64,000 nucleotides of DNA from Flavobacteriales bacterium (GCA_021739695.1 JAIPBM010000008.1:37013-101012); one strand, 5' to 3'. Positions 1 to 9,497 are shown, numbered from the stretch's first letter. Notes: generated by a model not told the origin, from the letters alone. Numbers and translations: made by a program.

Positions 1-2133
1 AACCAGCATGGAATCTCCCGTGCTTTCCAATCGGTATGAGGTTCCATTTTGAAGAAACTCAAGTAATTCGACATTGAAAAACAACCTGATTGCGGTTTCA
101 TCTTCTCCTTTCAATCTGAACTTATTCGAGAATTTCCTGAAGTCCTTGAAGTCAATGTCGTCATAGCCGGCCAATGCAGCAACGCGATCGAAAATGTGCT
201 CTTTTTCGAGTGTGAAAAGTGGCATTTTCCTGTTTACCGAAATCACAGCCACAGTTGCTTGTCTATCCACCTTCACTTGAAATTCTCCTTCGTGAAAATC
301 GACATCTTGAACTACAATGTCATAATCGGTAGCTGTTCCAATAAGCCGATTGTAAACCCTGTCGACCGTTCGGAACCTGAAGAGGTGAAATTTTTCGAAG
401 GACAATACGTAGCGAATTACTGCAAGCTCAAATTTCCAGTTAAGTGTGTTTGCGAGTGCCTGTAATTTTTTCTGCCTAGAAGTAAGCGTCACATTTGCAG
501 GCCTTGGCACTTTTGAATCACCTTTGAACCGCACCGAAAGCGGATGAGCTGTTGACGTTCGGTGATTATCCATCCCAATTATCTCAAAATGACCTCCTCT
601 TCTGATGTGACTTTCCTCAAACTCGGCCAAATGCTCGAGAACAGTATGGTCAATGAACTCGGTAAGTGAAAGATCAAGGTTGATGGTAGAATCACTTGGT
701 ATCACGTCAAGTGCCTTTTTCAATCTCGAATAATTGAGGAAGTTGCTGTAGCCGCGAACACTGACGTGAAACGTGTTTTCATCGCCTTCTTCGTATGCTA
801 CCACATTTGGTCTAAAAAGAATGGTGAACAACTTCATTACAGACCGCAGCCTGATGATATGAATGACGATTGTAATGGCAACTCCAGCGGCAATTCCAAT
901 AATGAGGTCGAAGGTGAGCGTGATCAATAATGTGGTAAAGAATATCAGTACTTGATCCCAACCTATGCGATACACATTTCTGATCTCTGACGGATTGAGG
1001 AGCTTGTATCCGGTCTGAATCAATATTCCTGCAAGCGCTGCCAACGGGATGTGTTTCAATTGAGAACCGAGCAACACAACCAATAATAGAATGAGGATTG
1101 CTTGAAACACATCCACCAATTGCGTTTTTCCGTTGTGTGTTACAGCAACGGAACTGGGAACGATACCAGGAATAACGGGCATGCCTCCAAGCATTCCACT
1201 GATGGATGTGCCAATTCCAACTGCCCGAAGTTCCTTGTTCACATTGGTTTTCCGCTTCAACGGATCCAATCTATCGATGGCCCGTGCGCTTAAGATCCCC
1301 TCAATACTCGTTACCAGCACAATGGCCAAAACAATGTTCCAAAAGTGAGCGGTTTGCCATAAACCGAAGTCGGGCATCACTATAGATTCGGACAATTCTG
1401 ATGGAAGTGCAATGAGTTGCTTGCTTCCAAATTCGTAAGTGTGCTGGAAAATGGTGTATTGGCCGCCTTCTGCAAATTCAAGCGCGTATGAATAAGCAAT
1501 GGATATCAGAATGACCCAAACAGCCGCTGGCAAGGCCTTGATAACTGGAGATTCAATCTTAGGATGTACGAACATTATGAGCACAGAGATGATACCGATG
1601 AACATGACAATCGGGTTCACTCCTCCGATCAGGCCTTTCATTTCCTGTACGAGTTGAATCAAGCTTGCGGCATGGGTTTCGGCTCCAAGCAATGCTGGTA
1701 TCTGTTTAACAATAATGATAACACCAACAGATGCCAACAGACTTTTGATGACGGTGGCAGGAATCAGGTCTCCGATCACGCCCATTCGAAGTATTCCTAA
1801 AATGAACTGAATGAGCCCAGCAACAACCACAGCCGACAGAAAGAAGCGATATCCAAGAAAAACATCATCTCCACCAAAAGATAATACAGCGGCAGCCGTT
1901 ACCCCGATCAGCATTTTTGGCGTGCTATGCAGCGCTATGCTTCCGCCACTGAACCACGAAATGAACAGCCCTCCAACAACACTAGGAATAACCGCTGACA
2001 AAGGAGGAACACCTGATGCCAAGCCGATCCCCAACCCTAAGGGAATAGCAATGAACGCTACGCTGATGGACGCACGCAGGTCACCTTTCCACGACTGTTT
2101 CCAGCCTTTGAAGCCGTTGGAGAACAGTTTCAT
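1..2133 (-). CDS. SulP-family anion transporter with C-terminal STAS domain, partial. The C-terminus runs off the window start. It carries an extra ~165-aa region after STAS of unknown function.
   Basis: Minus-strand frame is open from ATG at 2133-2131 to position 1 (hand-translated for 1-900). N-terminus reads MKLFSNGFKGWKQSWKGDLRASISVAFIAIP, then hydrophobic helices (e.g. FLGYRFFLSAVVVAGLIQFI). STAS-like segment LFRPNVVAYEEGD...HFEIIGMDNH follows. It is absent from the ORF track because it is edge-truncated. The start codon overlaps the Usp stop (ATGA). Confidence 0.6.
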   Translation of the reverse strand, partial: MKLFSNGFKGWKQSWKGDLRASISVAFIAIPLGLGIGLASGVPPLSAVIPSVVGGLFISWFSGGSIALHSTPKMLIGVTAAAVLSFGGDDVFLGYRFFLSAVVVAGLIQFILGILRMGVIGDLIPATVIKSLLASVGVIIIVKQIPALLGAETHAASLIQLVQEMKGLIGGVNPIVMFIGIISVLIMFVHPKIESPVIKALPAAVWVILISIAYSYALEFAEGGQYTIFQHTYEFGSKQLIALPSELSESIVMPDFGLWQTAHFWNIVLAIVLVTSIEGILSARAIDRLDPLKRKTNVNKELRAVGIGTSISGMLGGMPVIPGIVPSSVAVTHNGKTQLVDVFQAILILLLVVLLGSQLKHIPLAALAGILIQTGYKLLNPSEIRNVYRIGWDQVLIFFTTLLITLTFDLIIGIAAGVAITIVIHIIRLRSVMKLFTILFRPNVVAYEEGDENTFHVSVRGYSNFLNYSRLKKALDVIPSDSTINLDLSLTEFIDHTVLEHLAEFEESHIRRGGHFEIIGMDNHRTSTAHPLSVRFKGDSKVPRPANVTLTSRQKKLQALANTLNWKFELAVIRYVLSFEKFHLFRFRTVDRVYNRLIGTATDYDIVVQDVDFHEGEFQVKVDRQATVAVISVNRKMPLFTLEKEHIFDRVAALAGYDDIDFKDFRKFSNKFRLKGEDETAIRLFFNVELLEFLQNGTSYRLESTGDSMLV

Positions 2134-2999
2134 GCAACCGAATTGGCAGTCTGGTTAACGATCATGAGACAGCAAGGCAGATCAGACAAAACAAATTCGA
2201 GATCGTGCGGAAACACACGGTCCATGATTCCCAATTTGGAATCAGGCGAATTCATTACCAAAAGGTCAGCACGATTTGCCGCAGCAAAATGACCAATGGT
2301 GTAACCCGCTTTTCCAAAAATGCACTTATGATCTACCGGAACCGCTCCTTCTGCACTCAACTGCTTCTCCAGATCAGCCATTCGCTCATCTTCGCGTTGC
2401 TTCAGTTCTTTTCGTTTCAAGGCTGTTTCAGCCAATTCAAGATCATCGTCTACTGCCTCCCCTCCCATTTTCGGGTCAATCTGATCAATGATGGTGATGT
2501 GCTCAGCCCCCAAAGTCTTCCCAATATAATTGGCCGTGCGAATGGTAGCTTCCGTCTTACTGTGATTATCGCCAGAAACAACAATTTCTCTGCATTTGTT
2601 TCTGATCACAGATCTATCAGTAAGAAGAAGAATGGAGCATTGTGCCTTGCGGCAAAGCTTGCGCGCAATGGAGCCTGTGTAGAACTTGAGCAAGTTCTCT
2701 CTTTTCATGGCACCTGCAATCAAGAGGTCAACCGAATTATCTGTGCACGAAGCAAGAATATTTGCTGCCGGATCACCCTCACGAAACTCCACTTTCACCC
2801 TACTTCTATCAATTTCCGCCTGCGAGATCAGCAATTCCAAACGCTCAACTTTTTCATCCGTCTTTCTGCCTACATGAATAAGCACAAGGTTTGCATCGAG
2901 CATTTTTGCGATCCGTGCACTCTCATGCAAATTTGCTTCGGCATATGGCGAAAAGGCAATGGCGGTGGCGATGGTCTTAAACGGAAACGGTACGGACAT
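2130..2999 (-). CDS. Universal stress protein, tandem UspA domains
   Basis: 289 aa with two Usp-like halves (LVLIHVG... and ...LLVMNS...). Sits directly upstream of the SulP gene with a 4-nt ATGA overlap. Confidence 0.7.
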   Translation of the reverse strand: MSVPFPFKTIATAIAFSPYAEANLHESARIAKMLDANLVLIHVGRKTDEKVERLELLISQAEIDRSRVKVEFREGDPAANILASCTDNSVDLLIAGAMKRENLLKFYTGSIARKLCRKAQCSILLLTDRSVIRNKCREIVVSGDNHSKTEATIRTANYIGKTLGAEHITIIDQIDPKMGGEAVDDDLELAETALKRKELKQREDERMADLEKQLSAEGAVPVDHKCIFGKAGYTIGHFAAANRADLLVMNSPDSKLGIMDRVFPHDLEFVLSDLPCCLMIVNQTANSVA

Positions 3000-3084
3000 T
3001 TGAATGTTTTTTGATGCTTACAATATACAATGTCGAGGGGAAGAAGTCTAGAACCTTCAGCCACAACATGATCGTGATCAAAAA

Positions 3085-3120
3085 AAAAGAGAGCCAAAGC
3101 TCTCTTTTTGTCATTGTGCT
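3085..3120. terminator. Bidirectional rho-independent terminator
   Basis: A-run, then GAGAGC-caaa-GCTCTC hairpin, then T-run (aaaaaaaaagagagccaaagctctcttttt). It lies just downstream of the MORN gene stop (minus strand). Confidence 0.5.
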
Positions 3121-3556
3121 ATTTATTCATTGGCGGCTCAGCCGGTTCGCCCGTTGGAGCAAAATCAATGTGTTGAGGCTGTCCATCCTTAAAGTATCCT
3201 TCATACACCGCATTGGTCATAAGGTCGCCAGGCAGGCTCCAATGGAAATGCCCACGGCCATTCATCTTGCCAGCTTTCCATTCGCCAATGTATTTGTCTC
3301 CGTTGTTGTAGGTGTATGTTCCTCTTCCTTCCATTTGCCCATCTTTCCAAGCACCCTTGTACACATCTCCGCTGGTAAATTCATAAACGCCATAACCAAA
3401 TGGGAGTCCTTTTTTCCACTGACCTTTGTATTGGTCACCATTTTCAAACAGGTAAGTTCCATTGCCTTCATAGCAATTCCCTTCTGTACACTGGGCATTT
3501 ACGGTAGAAACGAATCCGATTCCAACAAATAAGAACAACGCGATTTTCTTGAGCAT
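3119..3556 (-). CDS. Secreted MORN-repeat protein
   Basis: Signal peptide MLKKIALFLFVGIGFVSTVNA, then repeated YxGxWKxGxxxGxG units (YKGQWKKGLPFGYG, YKGAWKDGQMEGRG, YIGEWKAGKMNGRG). Confidence 0.75.
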   Translation of the reverse strand: MLKKIALFLFVGIGFVSTVNAQCTEGNCYEGNGTYLFENGDQYKGQWKKGLPFGYGVYEFTSGDVYKGAWKDGQMEGRGTYTYNNGDKYIGEWKAGKMNGRGHFHWSLPGDLMTNAVYEGYFKDGQPQHIDFAPTGEPAEPPMNK

Positions 3557-3693
3557 TTGGGCAAGTGTTAGCTTAGTTTTTCATCCTCCTAAGAAGATGG
3601 TTACAAGATTAAGGATTTTTTGAGATTAGAACATCCTAGCCCTATTCATCTTTTACCTCAGTTACGAAAAGTAATACATTTGCGACAATCGTT

Positions 3694-3768
3694 CGGGGTG
3701 TAGCTTAGCCCGGTTAAAGTGCGCGTCTGGGGGGCGCGAGAGCGGTGGTTCGAATCCACTCACCCCGA
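3694..3768 (+). tRNA. tRNA-Pro (anticodon GGG)
   Basis: Cloverleaf read by hand. Acceptor CGGGGTG/CACCCCG with discriminator A. Anticodon stem CGCGT/GCGCG with loop CTGGGGG (U33, anticodon GGG at 3729-3731). T-arm GGTGG-TTCGAAT-CCACT. The 5' end resembles bacterial tRNA-Pro (CGGGGTGTAGC...). Confidence 0.85.
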
Positions 3769-3771
3769 CAC

Positions 3772-3800
3772 AAAAAAAGGCAGCCAACGGCTGCCTTTCT
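3772..3800. terminator. Bidirectional rho-independent terminator (serves tRNA-Pro on + and the DsrE-like operon on -)
   Basis: aaaaaaaGGCAGCCaacgGGCTGCCtttct. A-run upstream and T-run downstream give a terminator in either direction. Confidence 0.55.
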
Positions 3801-3820
3801 ACTTTATCGTTTTTGATAGA

Positions 3821-4306
3821 TCAGATAAACATGAGATGCGAACCTTTGCCTGCGGCTCGTTCATAGAATCCGCCAACGGTAAGCACGCCATCTATATCAT
3901 CATACAGGTCTTTCTTCTCAAGATGGAACATATCCATGGCCAATTTACAGGCCCACATTTTACAACCTGAGGCAGAAAGAAGCTCTAAGAATTCGTCAAC
4001 TGGAGGAATGTCGAGTTTTTCCATTTCCTTCTTCATCATGTTGGTGGCCAAGGCTTCCATTCCTGGCATTCCGCCTAAGATGGTAGGAATGTGCATGGCC
4101 GGATTACCGACCGTTGCCACATGCAGGTCATTGAGCTTCTTCTTGTTTATGGCTTCCAACCCGAAGAAGGTGAAGAAAATCTCCGCTTCAATTCCTTCCA
4201 TTCTTGCTCCATTTGCAAGAATGAAACATGCATAAACATTCTCTATGGTTGCTTTGGAAAGTATGAGAAGCAGTTTCCTTACCGGGGCATCTGTTGTTTC
4301 AGTCAT
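3821..4306 (-). CDS. DsrE/DsrF-like sulfur-relay family protein
   Basis: 161 aa. Sequence resembles the DsrE/DsrF/DsrH-like fold (conserved Cys in ...SASGCKMWACKLAMD...). It is the last gene of the SQR operon. Confidence 0.55.
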   Translation of the reverse strand: MTETTDAPVRKLLLILSKATIENVYACFILANGARMEGIEAEIFFTFFGLEAINKKKLNDLHVATVGNPAMHIPTILGGMPGMEALATNMMKKEMEKLDIPPVDEFLELLSASGCKMWACKLAMDMFHLEKKDLYDDIDGVLTVGGFYERAAGKGSHLMFI

Positions 4307-4323
4307 TAGTTCTTGAGTTTAGA

Positions 4324-4629
4324 TTAAATACATCCGACCGGTTTCGGAATGCCTGCTATTTTAGCTGCCTTCTTCAACGGTCCATTTGGAAACAATTCAT
4401 AGAATTCCTTGATGTCTGTGATACCACTTTTGCCAACTTTCCTGATTGTCAGAGGATTTTCATTTCTGTATTGTTCTTGAAGCCATGAAATGACCTCCCA
4501 ACTTTTATCGTTGAGGTTCACTTCCTCATTCTTTGCAATTTCCAAAGCAATTTCTTTGGTCCACTGATTCAGGTCGGTCAAATACCCTTCCTGGTTTACG
4601 TTTACTTCTACTCCTGCAATTGTTGCCAT
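4324..4629 (-). CDS. TusE/DsrC-family sulfur relay protein
   Basis: 101 aa ending ...IAGIPKPVGCI. TusE/DsrC proteins characteristically have a Cys near the C-terminus. The gap to the flanking genes is 17-21 nt. Confidence 0.65.
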   Translation of the reverse strand: MATIAGVEVNVNQEGYLTDLNQWTKEIALEIAKNEEVNLNDKSWEVISWLQEQYRNENPLTIRKVGKSGITDIKEFYELFPNGPLKKAAKIAGIPKPVGCI

Positions 4630-4650
4630 GCTGATGGTGTTTTTGAATGT

Positions 4651-5934
4651 TTATCCGTGATTGATCATTTCTAAATGTTTACCTGCTTCGCTCATGGTTG
4701 CTGGTACAAATGGAATAGGCGTTCCTTTAAGCAGCATGTTCCAATAAACCCATCGAAAAGCGAGTTTACCCATGTGATTCATGCGTGTTTCCTTCAGAAG
4801 CTTCAGCGGTCCAAGATTGCCTAAGGGAAAAGAACCTTCCACTGGTTCATGCGTGTAGTTGAAATCAATCAGCAACGCCTTTCCATGTCCTGTTTCAATA
4901 AAGCAGTTTGCATGTCCATCAAATTCTTCTCTCATCTCTTCGCCATTTATGTAACGAACGATGTTTTCCACAAGAACTTCGGATTCGAAATGCGCTACGG
5001 AACCAGCCTTTGAAGCGGGTAGGTCGGTAGCATCCCCAATAACGAATATGTTCTCAGCAAACTTGCTTTGCAGCGTAGCTCTATCGGTTGGTATAAAATT
5101 CAGATCATCTCCAAAACCAGAGCGTTCAACCATTTCATCGCCCATGTTTGTTGGAATGGTGACCAACAGATCGTAAGCTACTTCCTTTCCTCCGAAATCG
5201 TAGATTTTTCGCTCGCCTCCTTCAACACGTTCAATGGCAAAATCGGCTACTATGTTGATGTTCTTTTCGTTCAAAAGGTAGCTGAGTTTATCAGAAGCTA
5301 CCTGTTTTGTGAATGCTCCGCTAAGTGGAGTGACAAATGTGATATCCACCTTATCCCGCATCCCTTTTTCTTCGAAGAATGCATCTGCCAAAAAGGTAAA
5401 TTCAAGGGGAGCAACTGGACACTTTATCGGCATTTCGCATATGTGAATAACCAGCTTTCCGCCTTCCCAATTCATGAATTTCTCGCGCAATGCGCACGCT
5501 CCTTTGAAAGTGTAGAAATCGAATATTTCGTTTTGCCACGTATCACACAACATCCCTTCAATTTCCTGCGGAGCAATGTGTGATCCTGTGGCAATTACGA
5601 GTATATCGTAGTTCAACACTTCGCCATTCTGAAGCAAAACCTGGTTGGATTCAGGCATTACCTTATTAATCTTTTCCACCACGTGTTTTGCCTTTTTGGG
5701 AAGAAAATCATCCATTGGCTTAATCACATCATTAGGCTGATAAATATCAAAGGGTAGAAAAAGAAATCCTGGTTGATAATAGTGGGTCAACTCCTGATCG
5801 ACCACTGTCAATTCCCATTCGGCAGGAAGCTTTTTGGCCAAATGATTGGCCATCATCGTTCCCGCTGTTCCTCCACCAAGTATTACTGCCTGCTTCATTC
5901 TTTCCTGATTGTAAATCCGAGTCAAAAAAAGCAC
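4651..5934 (-). CDS. Sulfide:quinone oxidoreductase-like FAD-dependent pyridine nucleotide-disulfide oxidoreductase. The true start is probably the internal Met at 5898.
   Basis: Rossmann motif AVILGGGTAGTMMA, active-site region IKCPVAPLEF and C-terminal FIETGHG, typical of the SQR/flavocytochrome c family. 427-aa ORF. Confidence 0.7.
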   Translation of the reverse strand: MLFLTRIYNQERMKQAVILGGGTAGTMMANHLAKKLPAEWELTVVDQELTHYYQPGFLFLPFDIYQPNDVIKPMDDFLPKKAKHVVEKINKVMPESNQVLLQNGEVLNYDILVIATGSHIAPQEIEGMLCDTWQNEIFDFYTFKGACALREKFMNWEGGKLVIHICEMPIKCPVAPLEFTFLADAFFEEKGMRDKVDITFVTPLSGAFTKQVASDKLSYLLNEKNINIVADFAIERVEGGERKIYDFGGKEVAYDLLVTIPTNMGDEMVERSGFGDDLNFIPTDRATLQSKFAENIFVIGDATDLPASKAGSVAHFESEVLVENIVRYINGEEMREEFDGHANCFIETGHGKALLIDFNYTHEPVEGSFPLGNLGPLKLLKETRMNHMGKLAFRWVYWNMLLKGTPIPFVPATMSEAGKHLEMINHG

Positions 5935-6069
5935 CGCATGTCGCTTTCATTCCTGATTTCGATTACCTAAAGACCTGAGTATTGTCAGATTTAACCAACT
6001 CAGTAGTATCATGATGTTGATATGCCATTTTTATAGTTAAAAACAACAACATTTCTACTCTTAGTGGGT

Positions 6070-6077
6070 TACATTTG
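6070..6077 (+). promoter_or_regulatory. Bacteroidetes sigma-A -7 motif (TAcaTTTG) upstream of the TonB-dependent receptor
   Basis: Perfect match to TAnnTTTG, 46 nt upstream of the probable start at 6124. No clear -33 TTG found. Confidence 0.3.
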
Positions 6078-6123
6078 CACCGCCAAAATCAATATTGACA
6101 TTACTTCCATTCCTTCAACGACA

Positions 6124-8520
6124 ATGAGCTTGAAAATCAAGCATTTCACAGCCCTTTTAACCCTTATTTTTCAGTTCGGATTCCTTCAGGCCCAGCAGAA
6201 ATACACGATCAGTGGAACCATAACTGACGCAAACAATGGCGAGACAATGATCGCCACCAATGTGTTTGTAGAACCGCTGATGAAAGGTGCTACCACCAAT
6301 CTTTACGGTTTTTATTCGCTGACCGTACCCGAAGGGAATTACACCTTGAAGGTTTCGTTTCTGGGCTACGAAACGTTTTCGCAGGAAATCAAACTTGATA
6401 AAGATCTCGAGTTCAACATCGAGATGAAGGAGTCTAGCTACACCAAGGAAGAAGTTGTTGTTACTGGCGAAAAGAAGGACGAGAACACGAAGAGCAGCAA
6501 AATGAGCACGGTGGAAATCCCTATCCAACAGGTAAAGGAACTGCCAGCGCTCTTGGGCGAAGTTGATATCATTAAAGTCATCCAACTAATGCCAGGCGTT
6601 CAGTCTGGTTCTGAAGGAAACGCTGGACTTTACGTGCGTGGCGGTGGCCCAGACCAGAATTTGGTTCTGTTAGATGAAGCAGTGGTTTACAATGCTTCTC
6701 ACCTATTCGGTTTCCTATCCGTTTTCAACGCAGATGCCATCAAAGGAATTGAGCTCATTAAAGGTGGCATGCCAGCAAAATATGGCGGTCGTTTGGCTTC
6801 AGTGCTTGACATAAGCATGAAGGACGGGAACAACAAGAAATTTGAAGTGGATGGTGGAATCGGCATCATCAACTCAAGACTTACACTTCAGGGACCGATT
6901 GTAAAAGACAAAGGCTCGTTCATTGTTTCTGGCCGTTTTGCCTATGCCGGACTTCTAGGTGGTGCGATTGCCAATGCTGCAACGAAGGATAATACCAACG
7001 GAGGAGGTTTCTTTGCTGGTGCTTCGTACTACTTTTTCGACCTCAACGGAAAGATGAGTTATAACCTTGGGTCAAAAGACCGCTTATTTCTTAGCGGTTA
7101 TTTCGGTCGCGATGTTTTTGGATTTAAGAGTCAGGATGGTTTTAGCGCCAACATAGGTTGGGGAAATGGAACAGCTTCGTTACGATGGAATCACATTTTC
7201 ACCCCTAAGCTTTTCATGAACAGTTCGTTGATCTTCAGCGACTACAAATTTGAGTTTGGTGCAGGGCAGCAGGAATTCAATCTTACGTTGCAATCTGGCA
7301 TTCGCGATTATAACCTGAAGCTCGATCTGAGTTGGTTACCAGATGTTCGACACAACGTCCAATTTGGTGGAAACTATATTTACCACACCTTCACGCCCAG
7401 CAGCGTTTCTGCCAGAACCGGAGATACTGAACTCGACCTTGGTGGAATTATCAGATACCATGCACACGAAGCGGCCATTTACATCCAGGACGATTGGGAT
7501 ATTTCGGATCGGTTTAAAGTAAATGTGGGAATCCGCGGTTCGCTATTTGCACACACTGGCCCATTTGACCGCTACATCCTGAACGAAGTTGGCCAGGTGG
7601 TAGATACAGTGAAATACAAAGTAGGTCAGAACATCAAAACCTATGCTTTTGCAGAACCACGCGTTTCTGGCAGAGTGATGTTGGGGAAGCATAATTCCAT
7701 CAAGGCATCCTACACAATGAATTACCAATACATTCACCTGGCAAGTTTGGCCTCCATTAGCTTTCCTACCGATCTTTGGATGCCTAGCACAGATAGGGTA
7801 AAGCCCCAAGAAGGCCATCAATGGGCCCTCGGTTATTTTCACAATTTCTTAGACAACAAACTAGAAGTGAGTGTTGAGGGCTACTATAAAACCATGAAAA
7901 ACCTTATTGAGTATAAGGATGGATTCAGTCCTGATCAGAATATCAACAATAACCCAGACAACAACTTCGTATTCGGCAAAGGAAACTCTTACGGAGCTGA
8001 GTTCTTTATCAGAAAAAATGGCAAGAAATTCAATGGCTGGATAGGTTACACGCTTGCTTGGACAAATCGGAAATTCGAAGCATTGAATAACGGAAACTGG
8101 TTTCCAGCCACATACGATAGGCGACACGACCTATCTATTGTGGGTTCTTACAGGATCAATGAAAGATGGTCGGTCTCCGCTGTCTTCGTGTATGGAACAG
8201 GGAGTGCCATTACTGTACCCTCTTCGCGCTATTTCATCAATGGAAACATAGTGACCGAATATGGTGACCGCAACTCTTATCGGATGCCTGATTATCACCG
8301 ATTGGACATTGGTGCTACACTTCATCCGAATCCTAAAAAGAACAAGCGCTTCAAATCCACTTGGAATTTTGGAATTTACAACGTCTACAGCAGACAGAAT
8401 CCGTATTTCATCTACTTCGCCACAAAGGTGAATGAAGAAGACCAAACAGTAAAAATTGAAGCGAGGCAAGTGTCCATATTCCCGATTCTTCCGAGTGTAA
8501 CCTGGAACTTCAAATTCTAA
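6124..8520 (+). CDS. TonB-dependent outer-membrane receptor with N-terminal carboxypeptidase-regulatory-like domain
   Basis: Signal peptide at MSLKIKHFTALLTLIFQFGFLQA. The ORF track starts at 6064 but Met21 is the likely start. CarbopepD_reg-like segment YTISGTITDANNGETM...LKVSFLGYE. Plug domain with DxxxVxxxPG-like motifs (IKVIQLMPGVQS, GLYVRGGGPDQNLVLLDEA). Long beta-barrel ending in aromatic ...WNFKF. Confidence 0.85.
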   Translation: MSLKIKHFTALLTLIFQFGFLQAQQKYTISGTITDANNGETMIATNVFVEPLMKGATTNLYGFYSLTVPEGNYTLKVSFLGYETFSQEIKLDKDLEFNIEMKESSYTKEEVVVTGEKKDENTKSSKMSTVEIPIQQVKELPALLGEVDIIKVIQLMPGVQSGSEGNAGLYVRGGGPDQNLVLLDEAVVYNASHLFGFLSVFNADAIKGIELIKGGMPAKYGGRLASVLDISMKDGNNKKFEVDGGIGIINSRLTLQGPIVKDKGSFIVSGRFAYAGLLGGAIANAATKDNTNGGGFFAGASYYFFDLNGKMSYNLGSKDRLFLSGYFGRDVFGFKSQDGFSANIGWGNGTASLRWNHIFTPKLFMNSSLIFSDYKFEFGAGQQEFNLTLQSGIRDYNLKLDLSWLPDVRHNVQFGGNYIYHTFTPSSVSARTGDTELDLGGIIRYHAHEAAIYIQDDWDISDRFKVNVGIRGSLFAHTGPFDRYILNEVGQVVDTVKYKVGQNIKTYAFAEPRVSGRVMLGKHNSIKASYTMNYQYIHLASLASISFPTDLWMPSTDRVKPQEGHQWALGYFHNFLDNKLEVSVEGYYKTMKNLIEYKDGFSPDQNINNNPDNNFVFGKGNSYGAEFFIRKNGKKFNGWIGYTLAWTNRKFEALNNGNWFPATYDRRHDLSIVGSYRINERWSVSAVFVYGTGSAITVPSSRYFINGNIVTEYGDRNSYRMPDYHRLDIGATLHPNPKKNKRFKSTWNFGIYNVYSRQNPYFIYFATKVNEEDQTVKIEARQVSIFPILPSVTWNFKF

Positions 8521-8524
8521 AGAA

Positions 8525-9457
8525 ATGCTTAGATATTCAGCTTCCGTAATAATTGTGCTTCTAACTATCGTGGGTTTCTCTTCCTGTGAAAAAGTGTTGG
8601 ATATTGAACTTCCAAATGGCGTGAATGGAATCGTATTTGAGGGATATATCGAAAACGGAACCTTTCCTTATGTGATTGTGAGCCGTAGCGAGAATTACTT
8701 CAGCGAGATCAACACAGCCGCAGAAGCCATTATCAATTCATTGGTTCAAGCAGATAGCATCTTCATCACTGCAGATGGCGTGCGATATGCAATGGATTAT
8801 ACCTGCCTTTCTGATCTGACTCCAGAACAACAACAATTGGCGTTGGATTTTCTGGGTTTCCCAGCACTTCCTGAAGGCCTTGATCTTTGTATTTATCTAA
8901 AATTCAGCCTAATCGGTGAGTTTGGTAAAACTTACAAAATGACTGCCTATGTGGAGGGAAAAGAATACAATGCCGAAACAACCATCGGTCAACCAGTTCA
9001 CTTGGATAGCCTTTGGTACAAGGATGAATTACCGATTGATAGTTTCGGTTCAATCTGGTGCAGGCTTGCAGACCCTGCGGCCACAACAGATTTCTACTAC
9101 ATGTGGACCGAAAACCTCACACAAAAAAGACCAATGACCGCCATTGATGGACCAAGTTTTGCCGATCGATTGTTCAATGGTGAATCCATCGATTTTAACT
9201 TTTACCAAGGTTCCAACTTGGCCAACGACAATGGTTCTGAGGAAGAATATTGGTGGTTTAGAGAAGGAGACACCGTGGTAATAAAATTAGGTACCATTGA
9301 TAGAGGCGTGTATAATTTTTGGGAATCTGTGGATGCGGCATCCAACCTGAATCCGTTCAGCAGTCCAACTCCTGTGTTCTCCAACTTCGATAATGGTGGA
9401 CGAGGCGTTTGGGCAGGTTATGCCACAGCAGTAGACACATTCATTTGCGTTAAATAG
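8525..9457 (+). CDS. DUF4249-family lipoprotein (typical partner of Bacteroidetes TonB receptors)
   Basis: Lipobox VGFSSC. 310 aa. It follows the TBDT stop by 4 nt. Family assignment is from recall of the gene-order pattern, not a search. Confidence 0.5.
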   Translation: MLRYSASVIIVLLTIVGFSSCEKVLDIELPNGVNGIVFEGYIENGTFPYVIVSRSENYFSEINTAAEAIINSLVQADSIFITADGVRYAMDYTCLSDLTPEQQQLALDFLGFPALPEGLDLCIYLKFSLIGEFGKTYKMTAYVEGKEYNAETTIGQPVHLDSLWYKDELPIDSFGSIWCRLADPAATTDFYYMWTENLTQKRPMTAIDGPSFADRLFNGESIDFNFYQGSNLANDNGSEEEYWWFREGDTVVIKLGTIDRGVYNFWESVDAASNLNPFSSPTPVFSNFDNGGRGVWAGYATAVDTFICVK

Positions 9458-9497
9458 AAGTAAAACATCGACAAGTGTCGAGATAAATAAAATAGAA

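Noticed and set aside
196-2158. Short plus-strand ORFs (89, 63, 71, 78, 115 aa)
   Set aside because: All are antisense to the continuous minus-strand SulP reading frame. The compositions are Pro/Thr/Ser-rich, typical of antisense translation.
2205-3014. 269-aa plus-strand ORF
   Set aside because: It is entirely antisense to the well-supported tandem-Usp gene. Its translation is Cys/Phe/Arg-rich and low-complexity, with no recognisable domain.
3694-3768. tRNA-Pro as a possible genomic-island integration site
   Set aside because: No integrase, direct repeat of the tRNA 3' end or compositional shift is visible on either side. The flanking genes (MORN protein, sulfur operon) look native.
5068-5583. 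171-aa plus-strand ORF
   Set aside because: It is antisense to the SQR-like gene, which has clear FAD/Cys motifs.
9455-9475. Palindrome TCGACAagTGTCGA between the DUF4249 gene and trxB
   Set aside because: It is short (6-bp arms) and lacks a T-run. It could be a weak terminator or operator, but the evidence is insufficient.
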